From positions 32,001-96,000 of the forward strand of contig JAYZEG010000037.1 in the NCBI GenBank assembly GCA_036337435.1: a stretch of DNA of 64,000 bases, read 5' to 3'. The notes under the pieces are model-generated. The model did not search any database. It saw only the letters and a list, made by a program, of their open reading frames with translations, and was not told where the DNA came from. This DNA is from Myxococcota bacterium (GTDB lineage Bacteria > Myxococcota_A > Bradymonadia > UBA7976 > UBA1532). Both the position numbers and the translations under genes were made by a program. Below, piece after piece: positions 1 through 9,545 of this stretch (position 1 is its first letter; the number at the start of each line of letters is the position of its first letter).

Positions 1-519
1 GAAGCCCTTGCGAAAATCGCAAAGGCACCAGACGTACCAAAAGACGTCCGAGAGGCGGCTCTCGGCGACCTGATTAGTAAGACGGATGCGTCATCTGGAC
101 TCAAGCTCCTTGGCAGCGTCATCAATAGTCCTCACGTGGAAGTAAGTCGGTCAGCGCTTGGTATGATTAGGCGGCATCGGTACACACCCGCAATTCGACT
201 TCTACTCGACATCGCTCGCGATTCAACAGCACCAAGCGACAAGATCTGCAACATAGTTGATATCGTCGGTGAGATTGGCGACTCATCAGCGCAACAAACG
301 TTGCTGACACTATTGCAGCATGACTTTGTCATGGTTCGCAGAAGAGCCGCGACAGCGTTGGGCCGAATCGGAACGCAATCTGCCATACCAGCACTTCAAC
401 AGTGCATGTCTTCAGCCAGCTCAAACAAGCGATTCAAAGACTTGTGTAAACGCGCCATCGACAAGATTCGAAAGCGACACAATGTCCACGGTGACAACCA
501 AACGGCTGAGGCCGTCTGA
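1..519 (+). CDS. HEAT-repeat protein, 5'-truncated by the window edge
   Basis: Frame is open from base 1 to TGA at 517-519; HEAT/PBS-lyase-like repeats (VRRRAATALGRIGTQSAIPALQQC). Confidence 0.75.
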   Translation, partial: EALAKIAKAPDVPKDVREAALGDLISKTDASSGLKLLGSVINSPHVEVSRSALGMIRRHRYTPAIRLLLDIARDSTAPSDKICNIVDIVGEIGDSSAQQTLLTLLQHDFVMVRRRAATALGRIGTQSAIPALQQCMSSASSNKRFKDLCKRAIDKIRKRHNVHGDNQTAEAV

Positions 520-539
520 CCCCCATCGCAAATTGCAAA

Positions 540-1745
540 TTAACTGGATTCGAGCGGGTTTGTCTCAGCGAGGGCTTCGAGGTCACCGAGGACAGAATCA
601 AGAATCGTCTGAAGCTGATTGGCACCCGCTTCCAATGCATGGTTCCATTCGTCAGTGCCTCGAGCTTCTGGGTTCTTAATGATCGGATAGTCTTTGAAGA
701 CGGCTTCCAATTCTTGCGCGAGCCGAAAAGCCCCTTCGAGTTGAGGTCGTTCATCATCCTCGTCAGCAATTTGTTCTAGAGCAGCGGATGCCAATTCCAA
801 GCGTCCGGCCTCAATATAAACTGTGGCAAGCAAATGGGCTGGAACTGCATGGTCGAGTTGATCGAGCGCATCAGCTGCCCGTTCCATGTCTCGATCCCAA
901 AGAGAACAGACGGAAATCCAAAACCGAGTCGACAAATCGGCGACCATGAACGCGCCTCCAACTGCCTCTTCCGCGGCTTCAAAGGAGAGAATCGCAGCTT
1001 GATAGCAGCCAAGGGCGGCGGCTGCTCGCCCAAGTTCATAGGCAATCATTGGATCGGCTCTTGGGCTCTCTAATAGAGCAAGGACCGCCTGCTCAGGCCG
1101 TTCGTCAAATTGGGCCTTGATGGCCATGCGGAGATGGTTATGAGGTATTTCTCCGCCTGCCGAAATAACGGATTTGTAGGCATCGTTTATCGCGGCATTG
1201 AATGTATCGTCATCTCCAGTGCAACTCTCAAACCAAGCAGGTTTAAACCAAACTTGATGGGGATCAAATTCCAAACTAGGCAAGTTGAAAGGTCGATCAC
1301 CGCCGAAAAACAGTCTGATGCTACCGCTGCCCGAATAGGCCGTCAGCGTAAAGTCGCCCGGGTCCGTCCCCAGTCGCGCACGCCGGTTGGCAAATGTCTC
1401 CAGCTCATCCCAGACGGCGTCGATGGCACCCGCTGCACCCAATTCGAGGATTTTCGCCTGGGTCTCATCGAAGAGGTCGGTCAATGTACCATCATGAAAT
1501 TGCTCGGCGAGTGCGATGTGACTATCGACCTGAGCTAAATCACCCGCTCTGGCGCGTTGGACCGCTTTATCGAGATTCAGCTTCACAAGTTCAGTTTTGG
1601 TCTGAGTCAGAAGTGCCCTCGCCCCGTCATCATCAATGTCCAAAAGCTGCAGTCTAGCTTCTGCATAGCGCCCATCGGAGAAAAGCTTTCGCGCTTTATT
1701 GATTTTGTCTTCTGTAGACGGAAATACCCAAGAAAAAAGACCCAT
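540..1745 (-). CDS. Hypothetical helical, TPR-like protein
   Basis: Long ORF rich in Ala/Leu/Glu helices (AYELGRAAAALGCYQAAILSFEAA); GGAGG RBS precedes ATG at 1745 (MGLFSWVF). Confidence 0.7.
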   Translation of the reverse strand: MGLFSWVFPSTEDKINKARKLFSDGRYAEARLQLLDIDDDGARALLTQTKTELVKLNLDKAVQRARAGDLAQVDSHIALAEQFHDGTLTDLFDETQAKILELGAAGAIDAVWDELETFANRRARLGTDPGDFTLTAYSGSGSIRLFFGGDRPFNLPSLEFDPHQVWFKPAWFESCTGDDDTFNAAINDAYKSVISAGGEIPHNHLRMAIKAQFDERPEQAVLALLESPRADPMIAYELGRAAAALGCYQAAILSFEAAEEAVGGAFMVADLSTRFWISVCSLWDRDMERAADALDQLDHAVPAHLLATVYIEAGRLELASAALEQIADEDDERPQLEGAFRLAQELEAVFKDYPIIKNPEARGTDEWNHALEAGANQLQTILDSVLGDLEALAETNPLESS

Positions 1746-1934
1746 CGTACCCTCCTGCCAATTCATCTATGGTGAGTTTGAATCAGCGCACTATACCCAA
1801 ACTTGTGGAGGAAGAAATAGAGCAATTTAAGCAAGAACGCGTTGACGACCATTCCCATGGGAGACCAGAATGGGCAGTATCTAGTGGGCGGGTTGACGCA
1901 GACCCATTAGAATTCAACATGAGAGAACAGAGAT

Positions 1935-3086
1935 ATGCCTCGATACCCCGACTTAAACCCGTTTGTTAACCAAGCAAACAGGTCTTCCTATTCGACTCTC
2001 GCAACACGCGCCTTTCAGTCTGGTGGGCAGGTCTATCCCTTACACATAGGTGATACATGGCTCGAGCCAGCTGTCGCCTGTAGAATGGAGTCACTGACAG
2101 TAGCTGCTCATCCGGGTATGCACACGTATTCGCCTGTACAGGGACGCATGGAATTGCGTCAGGCGATCGCCGAGAAAACACGGGTTACGGGCGATCAACC
2201 AGCCGAGATTGATGAAGTTCTAGTCACGGCAGGTGCTACGGCCGGCTTGTTCGCACTGGCAGCAGCCATGCTAAAGCCTGGGGACGAAGTATTGGTCATC
2301 GCCCCATATTGGCCATTGATTGGGAATGCCATCAAATGCGCCGGTGGCCACGTGGTCCCCATCCCATTTTTTGAGACTGCCACCGACGCGGACTCGGCTG
2401 TAGTTGCCCTCGAAAACCACATCACCTCGAGAACCGTTGCCATCTACTGGAACACGCCCCACAATCCGACTGGACGTTTGATTCCCAGCGACTGGCTGGC
2501 CTCGATGGCATCCTGGGCAACAAAGAATGACCTTTGGATCGTCAGCGATGAAGTGTACGAAGACTACGTTTTCAGCGGCAAACATAGCTATTCCCGCCCC
2601 TTTGCACCGGACCGAACCATAAGCGCATACTCTTTCAGCAAGGCCTATGGAATGGCAGGAAACCGGGTTGGCTATCTCATTGGACCAGCCGCGGTCATGA
2701 GCGGTGTACAACGCATCAGTCGAAACTCCTTTTATTCCGTAAATACGGCAGGACAAATTGCAGCGCAAATCGCCTTGGGCAGTCCAGGTCAGACCTGGGT
2801 TCGCGACGCACGTGACCGCTATCGAGAGCTCGGCGAATATGCAGCCTCAGCGCTTGGCGTCGAGGCACCGGCCGGCAGTACGTTCTTATTTATTGATGTC
2901 AAAAAGGCACTCGATGACAGGGGGCTTAATGGCTTTTTAGAGGACTGCGCCAATCGAGGCTTATTGGTTGCTCCCGGCCCGAGTTTCGGACCCTACGACC
3001 ACTATATTCGAGTTTGTTTCACGTGCGCGCCACCAGACGTGGTACGGCAAGGAATCCAAATTCTATCGGCGCGCATCGACCAATGA
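1935..3086 (+). CDS. PLP-dependent aminotransferase, class I/II
   Basis: Motifs NTPHNPTG, SDEVY, and PLP-lysine SFSKAYGMAGNRVG. Confidence 0.92.
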   Translation: MPRYPDLNPFVNQANRSSYSTLATRAFQSGGQVYPLHIGDTWLEPAVACRMESLTVAAHPGMHTYSPVQGRMELRQAIAEKTRVTGDQPAEIDEVLVTAGATAGLFALAAAMLKPGDEVLVIAPYWPLIGNAIKCAGGHVVPIPFFETATDADSAVVALENHITSRTVAIYWNTPHNPTGRLIPSDWLASMASWATKNDLWIVSDEVYEDYVFSGKHSYSRPFAPDRTISAYSFSKAYGMAGNRVGYLIGPAAVMSGVQRISRNSFYSVNTAGQIAAQIALGSPGQTWVRDARDRYRELGEYAASALGVEAPAGSTFLFIDVKKALDDRGLNGFLEDCANRGLLVAPGPSFGPYDHYIRVCFTCAPPDVVRQGIQILSARIDQ

Positions 3087-3178
3087 GATCGATGGTCTGA
3101 AGGCATAAACTCAAATCAGACCTCTGTTAGTGTTGATACAGCGGTAGTCCGGCTCATAGGGATAATCAGGAAGGCAAG

Positions 3179-3889
3179 ATGACGCACATTGTTCAAATCG
3201 ATGAGGTCTACAAAGACTACCCGCTCGGAAAAGTGACCGTTAATGCACTCCGTGGTGTCAGCCTCGATATCGGCGCGGGCGACTTTGTTACAATCGCTGG
3301 ACCATCTGGCAGTGGCAAGACAACGCTTCTCAATCAAATCGGCTGCGTCGACGTACCGACAGCTGGCCGGGTCTATATCGATGGAAAATGCACATCGGAA
3401 CTCTCGGAGAAAGAACTCACCTCATTGAGGCTAGAAAAACTGGGTTTCATTTTTCAAACCTTCAATTTGGTGGCCGTTCTCGACGTGATGCAAAATGTCG
3501 AATTCCCCCTTCTCTTGCAAGGTGGACTGTCTAAAGATGAGCGGCGAACTCGAGTCACTCATCTGCTCGACGCAGTCGGCCTCTCGGAACAGATCGGTCA
3601 ACGACCGAACGAACTCTCCGGTGGCCAGCGGCAACGGGTTGCAATCGCGAGAGCATTGGTGACTCGACCCTCGATCGTGCTCGCTGACGAACCCACAGCC
3701 AATCTTGATTCCGAGACCGGGGACCGAATTATCGACCTCATGAAGACAATGAACAAAGACTTTGGAACGACGTTTATTTTTTCAACCCATGACCATCGAG
3801 TCATGCGCCATGCGAGACGGATCATCAAAATGGTTGACGGCCAATTGGCATCTGATGAGCGCGTGCAACCGGAGTCAACTCCCGCATGA
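3179..3889 (+). CDS. ABC transporter ATP-binding protein, LolD/MacB family
   Basis: Walker A GPSGSGKT, signature LSGGQRQRVAIARAL, Walker B LADEPTANLD, FIFQTFNL motif. Confidence 0.95.
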   Translation: MTHIVQIDEVYKDYPLGKVTVNALRGVSLDIGAGDFVTIAGPSGSGKTTLLNQIGCVDVPTAGRVYIDGKCTSELSEKELTSLRLEKLGFIFQTFNLVAVLDVMQNVEFPLLLQGGLSKDERRTRVTHLLDAVGLSEQIGQRPNELSGGQRQRVAIARALVTRPSIVLADEPTANLDSETGDRIIDLMKTMNKDFGTTFIFSTHDHRVMRHARRIIKMVDGQLASDERVQPESTPA

Positions 3890-5976
3890 GATCCGCGACT
3901 CTAGGCCTGATTTTAAAGCTCGCCGCGCGCAGTTTGTGGGCGCACCGTATCAAGAGTGCCATCGTTGGATCACTGATGACTTTTGGAACCCTCTTGGTCG
4001 TGTTTGGAACGGCTATGTTAGACAGCGTCGAGACGGCAATGTCCAATTCCATTATTCATAGTCTAGCAGGCCATTTACAAGTATACGATGCCAACGCAAG
4101 GGACGAACTCGCCATCTATGGCGGCACGGCGATGAGTGGACTCGATTATGGAGAGATCCCAAGTTTTGCCGCGGTCAAAAAAGTCGCCGAACGAATCGAC
4201 AATGTGAAAGCCGTTGTTCCGATGGGCATCAACGTCGCCAATATGACCCGTGGCAGTGAATTGGACCTAGCCTTCTCGAAAATGAGAAGAGCTTATCGAG
4301 ACCAGAAGGCAGAAGAAGCCAAAGCCCTGATACCAAAAGTCAAGCGCCTATTGGCGTTGCTTGACGCCGATATCGATGCCCGCACTAAAGTGGCGGGAGG
4401 AGACCATCTACAGGAGCTCAAGGGGCAGCTCACCGCAGTCCGAAAAGCCCGCAGTGACGAATTCTGGGCGCAATTTCAGCGCACGCCACTCGAGAGTTTG
4501 GAATATTTAGATACCCAAGTGGCACCGGCTGGTGGAGATGGTCGTCTCATGTACCTCCGTTATGTGGGCACTGATCTATCGGCTTTCACGAAGCATTTCG
4601 ACCGGTTTCAGATCGTGCGAGGCGAGACTGTTCCAGAGGGGACGCGGGGTATTTTAATCAACCAGAAATTCGCAGACAGGCGACTCAAGATTCTCGCCGC
4701 AAGGCTCTTAGACAGTCTAGAAAAGTCCCGCCTGGAAGACGTCTTGATCGCTGGAAATGCCGAGCTAGAAAGCAAAGCGAGGCGCCTCAAAACCCAATCC
4801 GGCTCCATCAGCATCATGCTCAGTCCCAAATCTATCGCAGCGCTCAAACCAGCTCTCAACACGATCCTAGATCAGGACAACGAGACCTTCCCTGAGTTGT
4901 TGGCTGCTTTCTTGTCCATTGACGACAGCAATCTTAAAGAGCGGCATCGCCAGTTCTATGACATTCTTGCGCCCCACCTAGACCTCTACCCGTTCAAAAT
5001 TGGCGACATTGTTACAATCCGTGCATGGACGAAGAGTGGCTATAGCCGTGCTGCAAATGTGAAAGTCTTCGGAACCTTCAGTTTTAAAGGTCTTGAACGC
5101 TCGGATTTATCGGGCGCAGCTAATCTGATCGATATGATGACGTTTAGAGAACTATATGGGCAAATGTCGAGTGCACAGCGCGCAGAACTCGGTGCTATTA
5201 AAAGCGAAGCTAAAGCAAAAACGGTTTCACGAGCCCGTGCCGAAACTGACCTTTTTGGCGGTCCTGAATCGGACGGGTCGGCCAGCGATGATTTTGGCGG
5301 AGCCTTCTCCGAATTTGAGGGCCTGACTCTGAAACGGACGAAAAGACAGGCAGCACAGCAGACATACAGCCAAACCGATATCGATCAGGGTTTGACACTG
5401 AGTACAGCGATTCTGCTCAAAGATGAGTCGCTGGTCGACGTGACGAAAGCCAAGTTAGACGCGGCTTTTAAAAACGCTGGGTTAGAACTGAAGGTCGTTG
5501 ATTGGCAACAAGCGTCGGGCATCATAGGACAACTCTTCCAGCTGGTCCGGGCCGTCCTATACTTCGCTATTTTCATCATCTTTGCAGTCGCATTAGTGAT
5601 TATTAACAACTCAATGCTCATGGCCACTCTTGAGCGCGTCCGCGAAATCGGAACCATGCGCGCCATTGGTGCACAGCGCGGCTTAGTTCTATCGATGCTT
5701 GTGTCTGAGACGTTTATGCTCTGCCTTGTCGCCGGTGGCTGCGGTGCAATTCTCGGCATCAGTTTGATGAGCTGGTTCCGACACCACGGGATACCTGCGA
5801 TTAACGAGATGATGATGTTTATGTTCTCGGGACCTCGTTTGTTTCCCGATTATTCGGCACACCATATCGGTGCAGGTGTCAGCATCATTCTCTTGGTCTC
5901 GCTGCTCGCCACAATTTGGCCGGCTCGGGTCGCAACCCGGGTACCGCCTATCGAAGCCATGAGGAGCGCCGACTGA
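3886..5976 (+). CDS. ABC permease, FtsX/MacB/LolE family, with enlarged periplasmic domain
   Basis: N-terminal TM, ERVREIGTMRAIGA motif, C-terminal TMs ending PIEAMR; ATGA overlap with the ATPase gene. Confidence 0.9.
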   Translation: MRSATLGLILKLAARSLWAHRIKSAIVGSLMTFGTLLVVFGTAMLDSVETAMSNSIIHSLAGHLQVYDANARDELAIYGGTAMSGLDYGEIPSFAAVKKVAERIDNVKAVVPMGINVANMTRGSELDLAFSKMRRAYRDQKAEEAKALIPKVKRLLALLDADIDARTKVAGGDHLQELKGQLTAVRKARSDEFWAQFQRTPLESLEYLDTQVAPAGGDGRLMYLRYVGTDLSAFTKHFDRFQIVRGETVPEGTRGILINQKFADRRLKILAARLLDSLEKSRLEDVLIAGNAELESKARRLKTQSGSISIMLSPKSIAALKPALNTILDQDNETFPELLAAFLSIDDSNLKERHRQFYDILAPHLDLYPFKIGDIVTIRAWTKSGYSRAANVKVFGTFSFKGLERSDLSGAANLIDMMTFRELYGQMSSAQRAELGAIKSEAKAKTVSRARAETDLFGGPESDGSASDDFGGAFSEFEGLTLKRTKRQAAQQTYSQTDIDQGLTLSTAILLKDESLVDVTKAKLDAAFKNAGLELKVVDWQQASGIIGQLFQLVRAVLYFAIFIIFAVALVIINNSMLMATLERVREIGTMRAIGAQRGLVLSMLVSETFMLCLVAGGCGAILGISLMSWFRHHGIPAINEMMMFMFSGPRLFPDYSAHHIGAGVSIILLVSLLATIWPARVATRVPPIEAMRSAD

Positions 5977-7316
5977 TGTACACCCGCATTGCCATCAGGA
6001 ACCTGCGGCAGGGAGGAAAAAGAACATGGCTTCTTGGACTGGCCTTGAGTGCTGTGTCGGGTTTGTTGATTTTCCTGCTGTCCCTGTCGAATGGGGTCTA
6101 CAGCAGCATGGTCAGTGCGGCGACGACTCTGTCAGCAGGCCATGTCAATGTGTCCGGATTTTTCAAATCATCATCGGGTGCCAGTGGTGCCCCCATCGTC
6201 ACCAAGGTCGATGATGTCAGACAGGTTGTGTTGGACAATACACCGAATCTGCGAGCCGCCATCGAGCGCCATCGCGGCTGGGCCAAGGTCGTGAGTGACA
6301 CCGGCTCAATGTGGGCAGGTTTATACGGCATCGACATCGATAACGAGCCATTCTTGAAGGAAAAATTGATGGTGGCACCCGAAAACGAATATGTCGATGG
6401 GGGTCGAGCCATACCAGTCGGACAACTCGCAGACCTCAATCGACCGGATACCATCGCCTTATTTGCCATGCAGGCAAAACGTCTTGAGGTTAAAGTTGGC
6501 GACAGGTTAACAGTTCGAACCGAGACCCTTCGCGGCACGAGCAATACCGTCGATTTAACGGTCGTTGCGATCATGCAGGACTTGGGCATGATGAGCAGTT
6601 GGAATGTATTTATGCCCACCAAAAATATTTTAGACCTGTATGGGCTAGATCCGAATTCAACAGGTGCAATGATGCTCTATCTCGAAGATATCGACCAAGC
6701 CCATGCGACCATGGAGGGGTTGAGGACAGTTCTGACCGAAGCTGGATATTCAGTGATGGAGCATGACCCTCGCCCATTTTTCATGAAATTCGAGACGGTC
6801 ACTGGACAGGATTGGGCTGGGCAAAAGCTTGATCTGACCGTATGGAGTGATGAAGTCTCCTTTATGACCTGGGTGCTCAAAGCCATCGACGGTGTATCGT
6901 TTCTTCTCATCTGCGTGCTGGCAGGAATTATCGTTTTGGGCATCATTAACGCCCTCTGGATCGCCGTTCGTGAACGCACTCGCGAAATCGGAACATTGCG
7001 TGCCATCGGCATGCAACAAAAAGGCATTTTGTCGATGATCATGCTCGAGGCTGCGATTCTCGGGTTTCTCGCCACTGCGTTGGGCTGTACCGTCAGCGTT
7101 TTGCTCGTCAGTTTACTGGATGCATCAATGATCGAGATCCCCGTGGAGGCTGTTCAAGCCATTCTTATGAGTAAGCATTTTCGGTTTGTCGTCCAGTGGT
7201 CGGATGTATCGGTGACCCTGTTTGGCTTTACGCTGCTGTGCACCCTTGCGTCGATTTGGCCCGCCATCAGAGCGGCCCGAATGCGACCTATTTCTGCCAT
7301 ACAACTCACGGAGTAA
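5976..7316 (+). CDS. Second ABC permease, FtsX/MacB/LolE family
   Basis: TGATG coupling at 5974-5978; IAIRNL start, ERTREIGTLRAIGM, PAIRAARMRPISAI. Confidence 0.9.
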   Translation: MYTRIAIRNLRQGGKRTWLLGLALSAVSGLLIFLLSLSNGVYSSMVSAATTLSAGHVNVSGFFKSSSGASGAPIVTKVDDVRQVVLDNTPNLRAAIERHRGWAKVVSDTGSMWAGLYGIDIDNEPFLKEKLMVAPENEYVDGGRAIPVGQLADLNRPDTIALFAMQAKRLEVKVGDRLTVRTETLRGTSNTVDLTVVAIMQDLGMMSSWNVFMPTKNILDLYGLDPNSTGAMMLYLEDIDQAHATMEGLRTVLTEAGYSVMEHDPRPFFMKFETVTGQDWAGQKLDLTVWSDEVSFMTWVLKAIDGVSFLLICVLAGIIVLGIINALWIAVRERTREIGTLRAIGMQQKGILSMIMLEAAILGFLATALGCTVSVLLVSLLDASMIEIPVEAVQAILMSKHFRFVVQWSDVSVTLFGFTLLCTLASIWPAIRAARMRPISAIQLTE

Positions 7317-8101
7317 TGACCATGAATGTCAAAGTCTGTCTTGTCCTGCTTGGGTTTGTGATTGCAGTGCCACTGCCATCAATGTCCCAACTGGCGAAAC
7401 CAGAGATGGTGGCCGTTTTAAAAACCATCGATGACCGTCAGAGAAACGGGGGCGACTACAAAGCGTTGGCCTACATAGAGCAACGCGAGAAAAATAAAGA
7501 GATGATGGTCTATGAGTCAGTCATTTACCGTCGCGACCTCAAAGACAAGCTCATGATCTTGTTCCTCAGGCCTAAAGCGGAAGCCGGTAAAGGGTATCTA
7601 AGACTCGATAAAAACCTATTCATTTACGATCCAACGGTCGGGAAGTGGGAGCGAAGAACTGAACGGGAAAGAATTGGTGGTACCGATTCCCGCCGGTCAG
7701 ACTTTGACGAATCCAGGCTGGCCGAGGAGTATGATCCGGAATACGTTGCAGCAACGACCCTCGGTAAATTCAAAGTCCACCACCTCAAACTCAGTGCAAA
7801 ACAAGGCGTCGACGTTGCCTATCCGACAGTTGAGCTGTGGATAGACCAAGAATCAGGAAATGTATTGAAAGCACAAGATCGGGCGTTATCTGGCCGCCTG
7901 ATGCGCACCGTCTACTATCCCAAGTGGCGCAAAATATTTAGTCCGTCGAAAAAGGCTGATGTTTATTTCCCAAAGGAGATTCATATTTACGATGAAGTGG
8001 AAAAAGCCAATCAAACCTTGGTCGTGATGCGAAAAATCGACTTAAACGGATTGCCTGAGAATATCTTCACGAAGGCATGGCTTGAGGGGCAAAGTCGATG
8101 A
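7316..8101 (+). CDS. Outer membrane lipoprotein-sorting protein (LolA-like fold)
   Basis: TAATG coupling; signal peptide; FLRPKAEAGKGYL, GGTDSRRSDF, ELWID and LPENIFT motifs typical of the family. Confidence 0.8.
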   Translation: MTMNVKVCLVLLGFVIAVPLPSMSQLAKPEMVAVLKTIDDRQRNGGDYKALAYIEQREKNKEMMVYESVIYRRDLKDKLMILFLRPKAEAGKGYLRLDKNLFIYDPTVGKWERRTERERIGGTDSRRSDFDESRLAEEYDPEYVAATTLGKFKVHHLKLSAKQGVDVAYPTVELWIDQESGNVLKAQDRALSGRLMRTVYYPKWRKIFSPSKKADVYFPKEIHIYDEVEKANQTLVVMRKIDLNGLPENIFTKAWLEGQSR

Positions 8102-9531
8102 AGAACGCGGCTATTGTGCTCATATCTTGTTTTGTCTTCTCTGCGAATGCACAAAACCAAGAGCAGCAAAACCGCGAAGCAAACCTGTTCGGCGAGACAT
8201 CAGAGTCGGCACAAGAAAGGCCGAAACCAACTGAGCGAGACCGTTTAATTTTTGGCGACCGCAATGACGTACCAAACGCCGGTACATCGACTTCGGATAA
8301 TCGACTCGAGAACAGACTGGCTGAAAAACAAGATCCGCTTGCCATAGGTGGACGGCTTTATCTGCGAACAGGCACTCGCTATTTTGACGACTCAACTCTA
8401 GATGAGATGCCGCTCAATCATTCGGCTCAACTCTTTGTGTACGGGGATGCGCGACCCACTGATCGACTCCGTGCATTCATTCGGACACGTTTCGACCATG
8501 ACTTTATGGACCCACAAGCGCCGGTGGATCCAATGAACGTGGGCACGGTCGGTTCAAACGACCAAACCCAAGCGCAATTGGACCAACTCTGGCTCAAATT
8601 TGACGTAGACCGGAAAGCCTACATCACCATCGGTCAACAGCCAATACGGTGGGGGTCAGCGCGGATCTGGAATCCGACGGATTTTGTCAACGCGCAGCGC
8701 CTAGACCCCCTGGCCATCTTCGATATTCGACCTGGGATACCGATGTTTAAACTTCATGTACCCGTCGAATCGAGCGGGACAAACCTCTACGCCATCGCCC
8801 AAGTTGATGGCGCAGAGCGAATCTCAGATACCGGCGTTGTCATCCGCGCTGAGCAAACGCTGCCCCAATCGGAATTGAGTGCGACAATGTCGGTTCGTAA
8901 AGATCAGCCCCTCCGCATTGGCTTAGACTATTCCGTCGGCGTCGATGTGTTTGAATTGCGATTCGAGGGTGCTGCGATCCAGGGAGGGGATCTCCACCGC
9001 TGGACAGGTCGCTTCAACCCGGACCTAGATAATCTCATGCTCCCCGAAAGGGTTGAACTGGATTGGGCCTTTCAAAGCACCGTCGGATTGGAGTGGACCA
9101 TAGCGTACGGTGACCAAGAAAGTGCCTACTGGACGATTGAATACTTCCATAACGAGCTGGGCTATTCCGATTCTCAACTCTATCCTTGGCTGGCACTGAC
9201 CGGTGACCTAACGCCGCTTTATCTGGGCCGGCACTACCTTGCGACAAACATTGTTCTCCCAAGGCCCGGGTCCTTCAACGACCTCACTGTTCTCACATCT
9301 GGTATCTGGAATATGAGTGATAACACAGGCATTGTTCGCCTCGATTTTCAGGTCCAAGTCCTGACACGACTCAGCCTTTTCATGTATGCATCTACCTATG
9401 TGGGCAACCAGGGCGAATTTCGATTTAAGTTTGATTTGCCAGCAGACCCAACGGTACCGGGACTGGAAGAGGGCATCGAGATTAAATCAGCCATTGCCGA
9501 CATTGGTTTTTGGCTGTCGGTCGCTCTGTAA
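8098..9531 (+). CDS. Putative outer-membrane beta-barrel protein
   Basis: Signal peptide, amphipathic strands, [19 protein letters not shown] motif, terminal strand IGFWLSVAL; overlaps the upstream stop. Confidence 0.75.
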   Translation: MKNAAIVLISCFVFSANAQNQEQQNREANLFGETSESAQERPKPTERDRLIFGDRNDVPNAGTSTSDNRLENRLAEKQDPLAIGGRLYLRTGTRYFDDSTLDEMPLNHSAQLFVYGDARPTDRLRAFIRTRFDHDFMDPQAPVDPMNVGTVGSNDQTQAQLDQLWLKFDVDRKAYITIGQQPIRWGSARIWNPTDFVNAQRLDPLAIFDIRPGIPMFKLHVPVESSGTNLYAIAQVDGAERISDTGVVIRAEQTLPQSELSATMSVRKDQPLRIGLDYSVGVDVFELRFEGAAIQGGDLHRWTGRFNPDLDNLMLPERVELDWAFQSTVGLEWTIAYGDQESAYWTIEYFHNELGYSDSQLYPWLALTGDLTPLYLGRHYLATNIVLPRPGSFNDLTVLTSGIWNMSDNTGIVRLDFQVQVLTRLSLFMYASTYVGNQGEFRFKFDLPADPTVPGLEEGIEIKSAIADIGFWLSVAL

Positions 9532-9545
9532 TTCCGGGGATTGGT

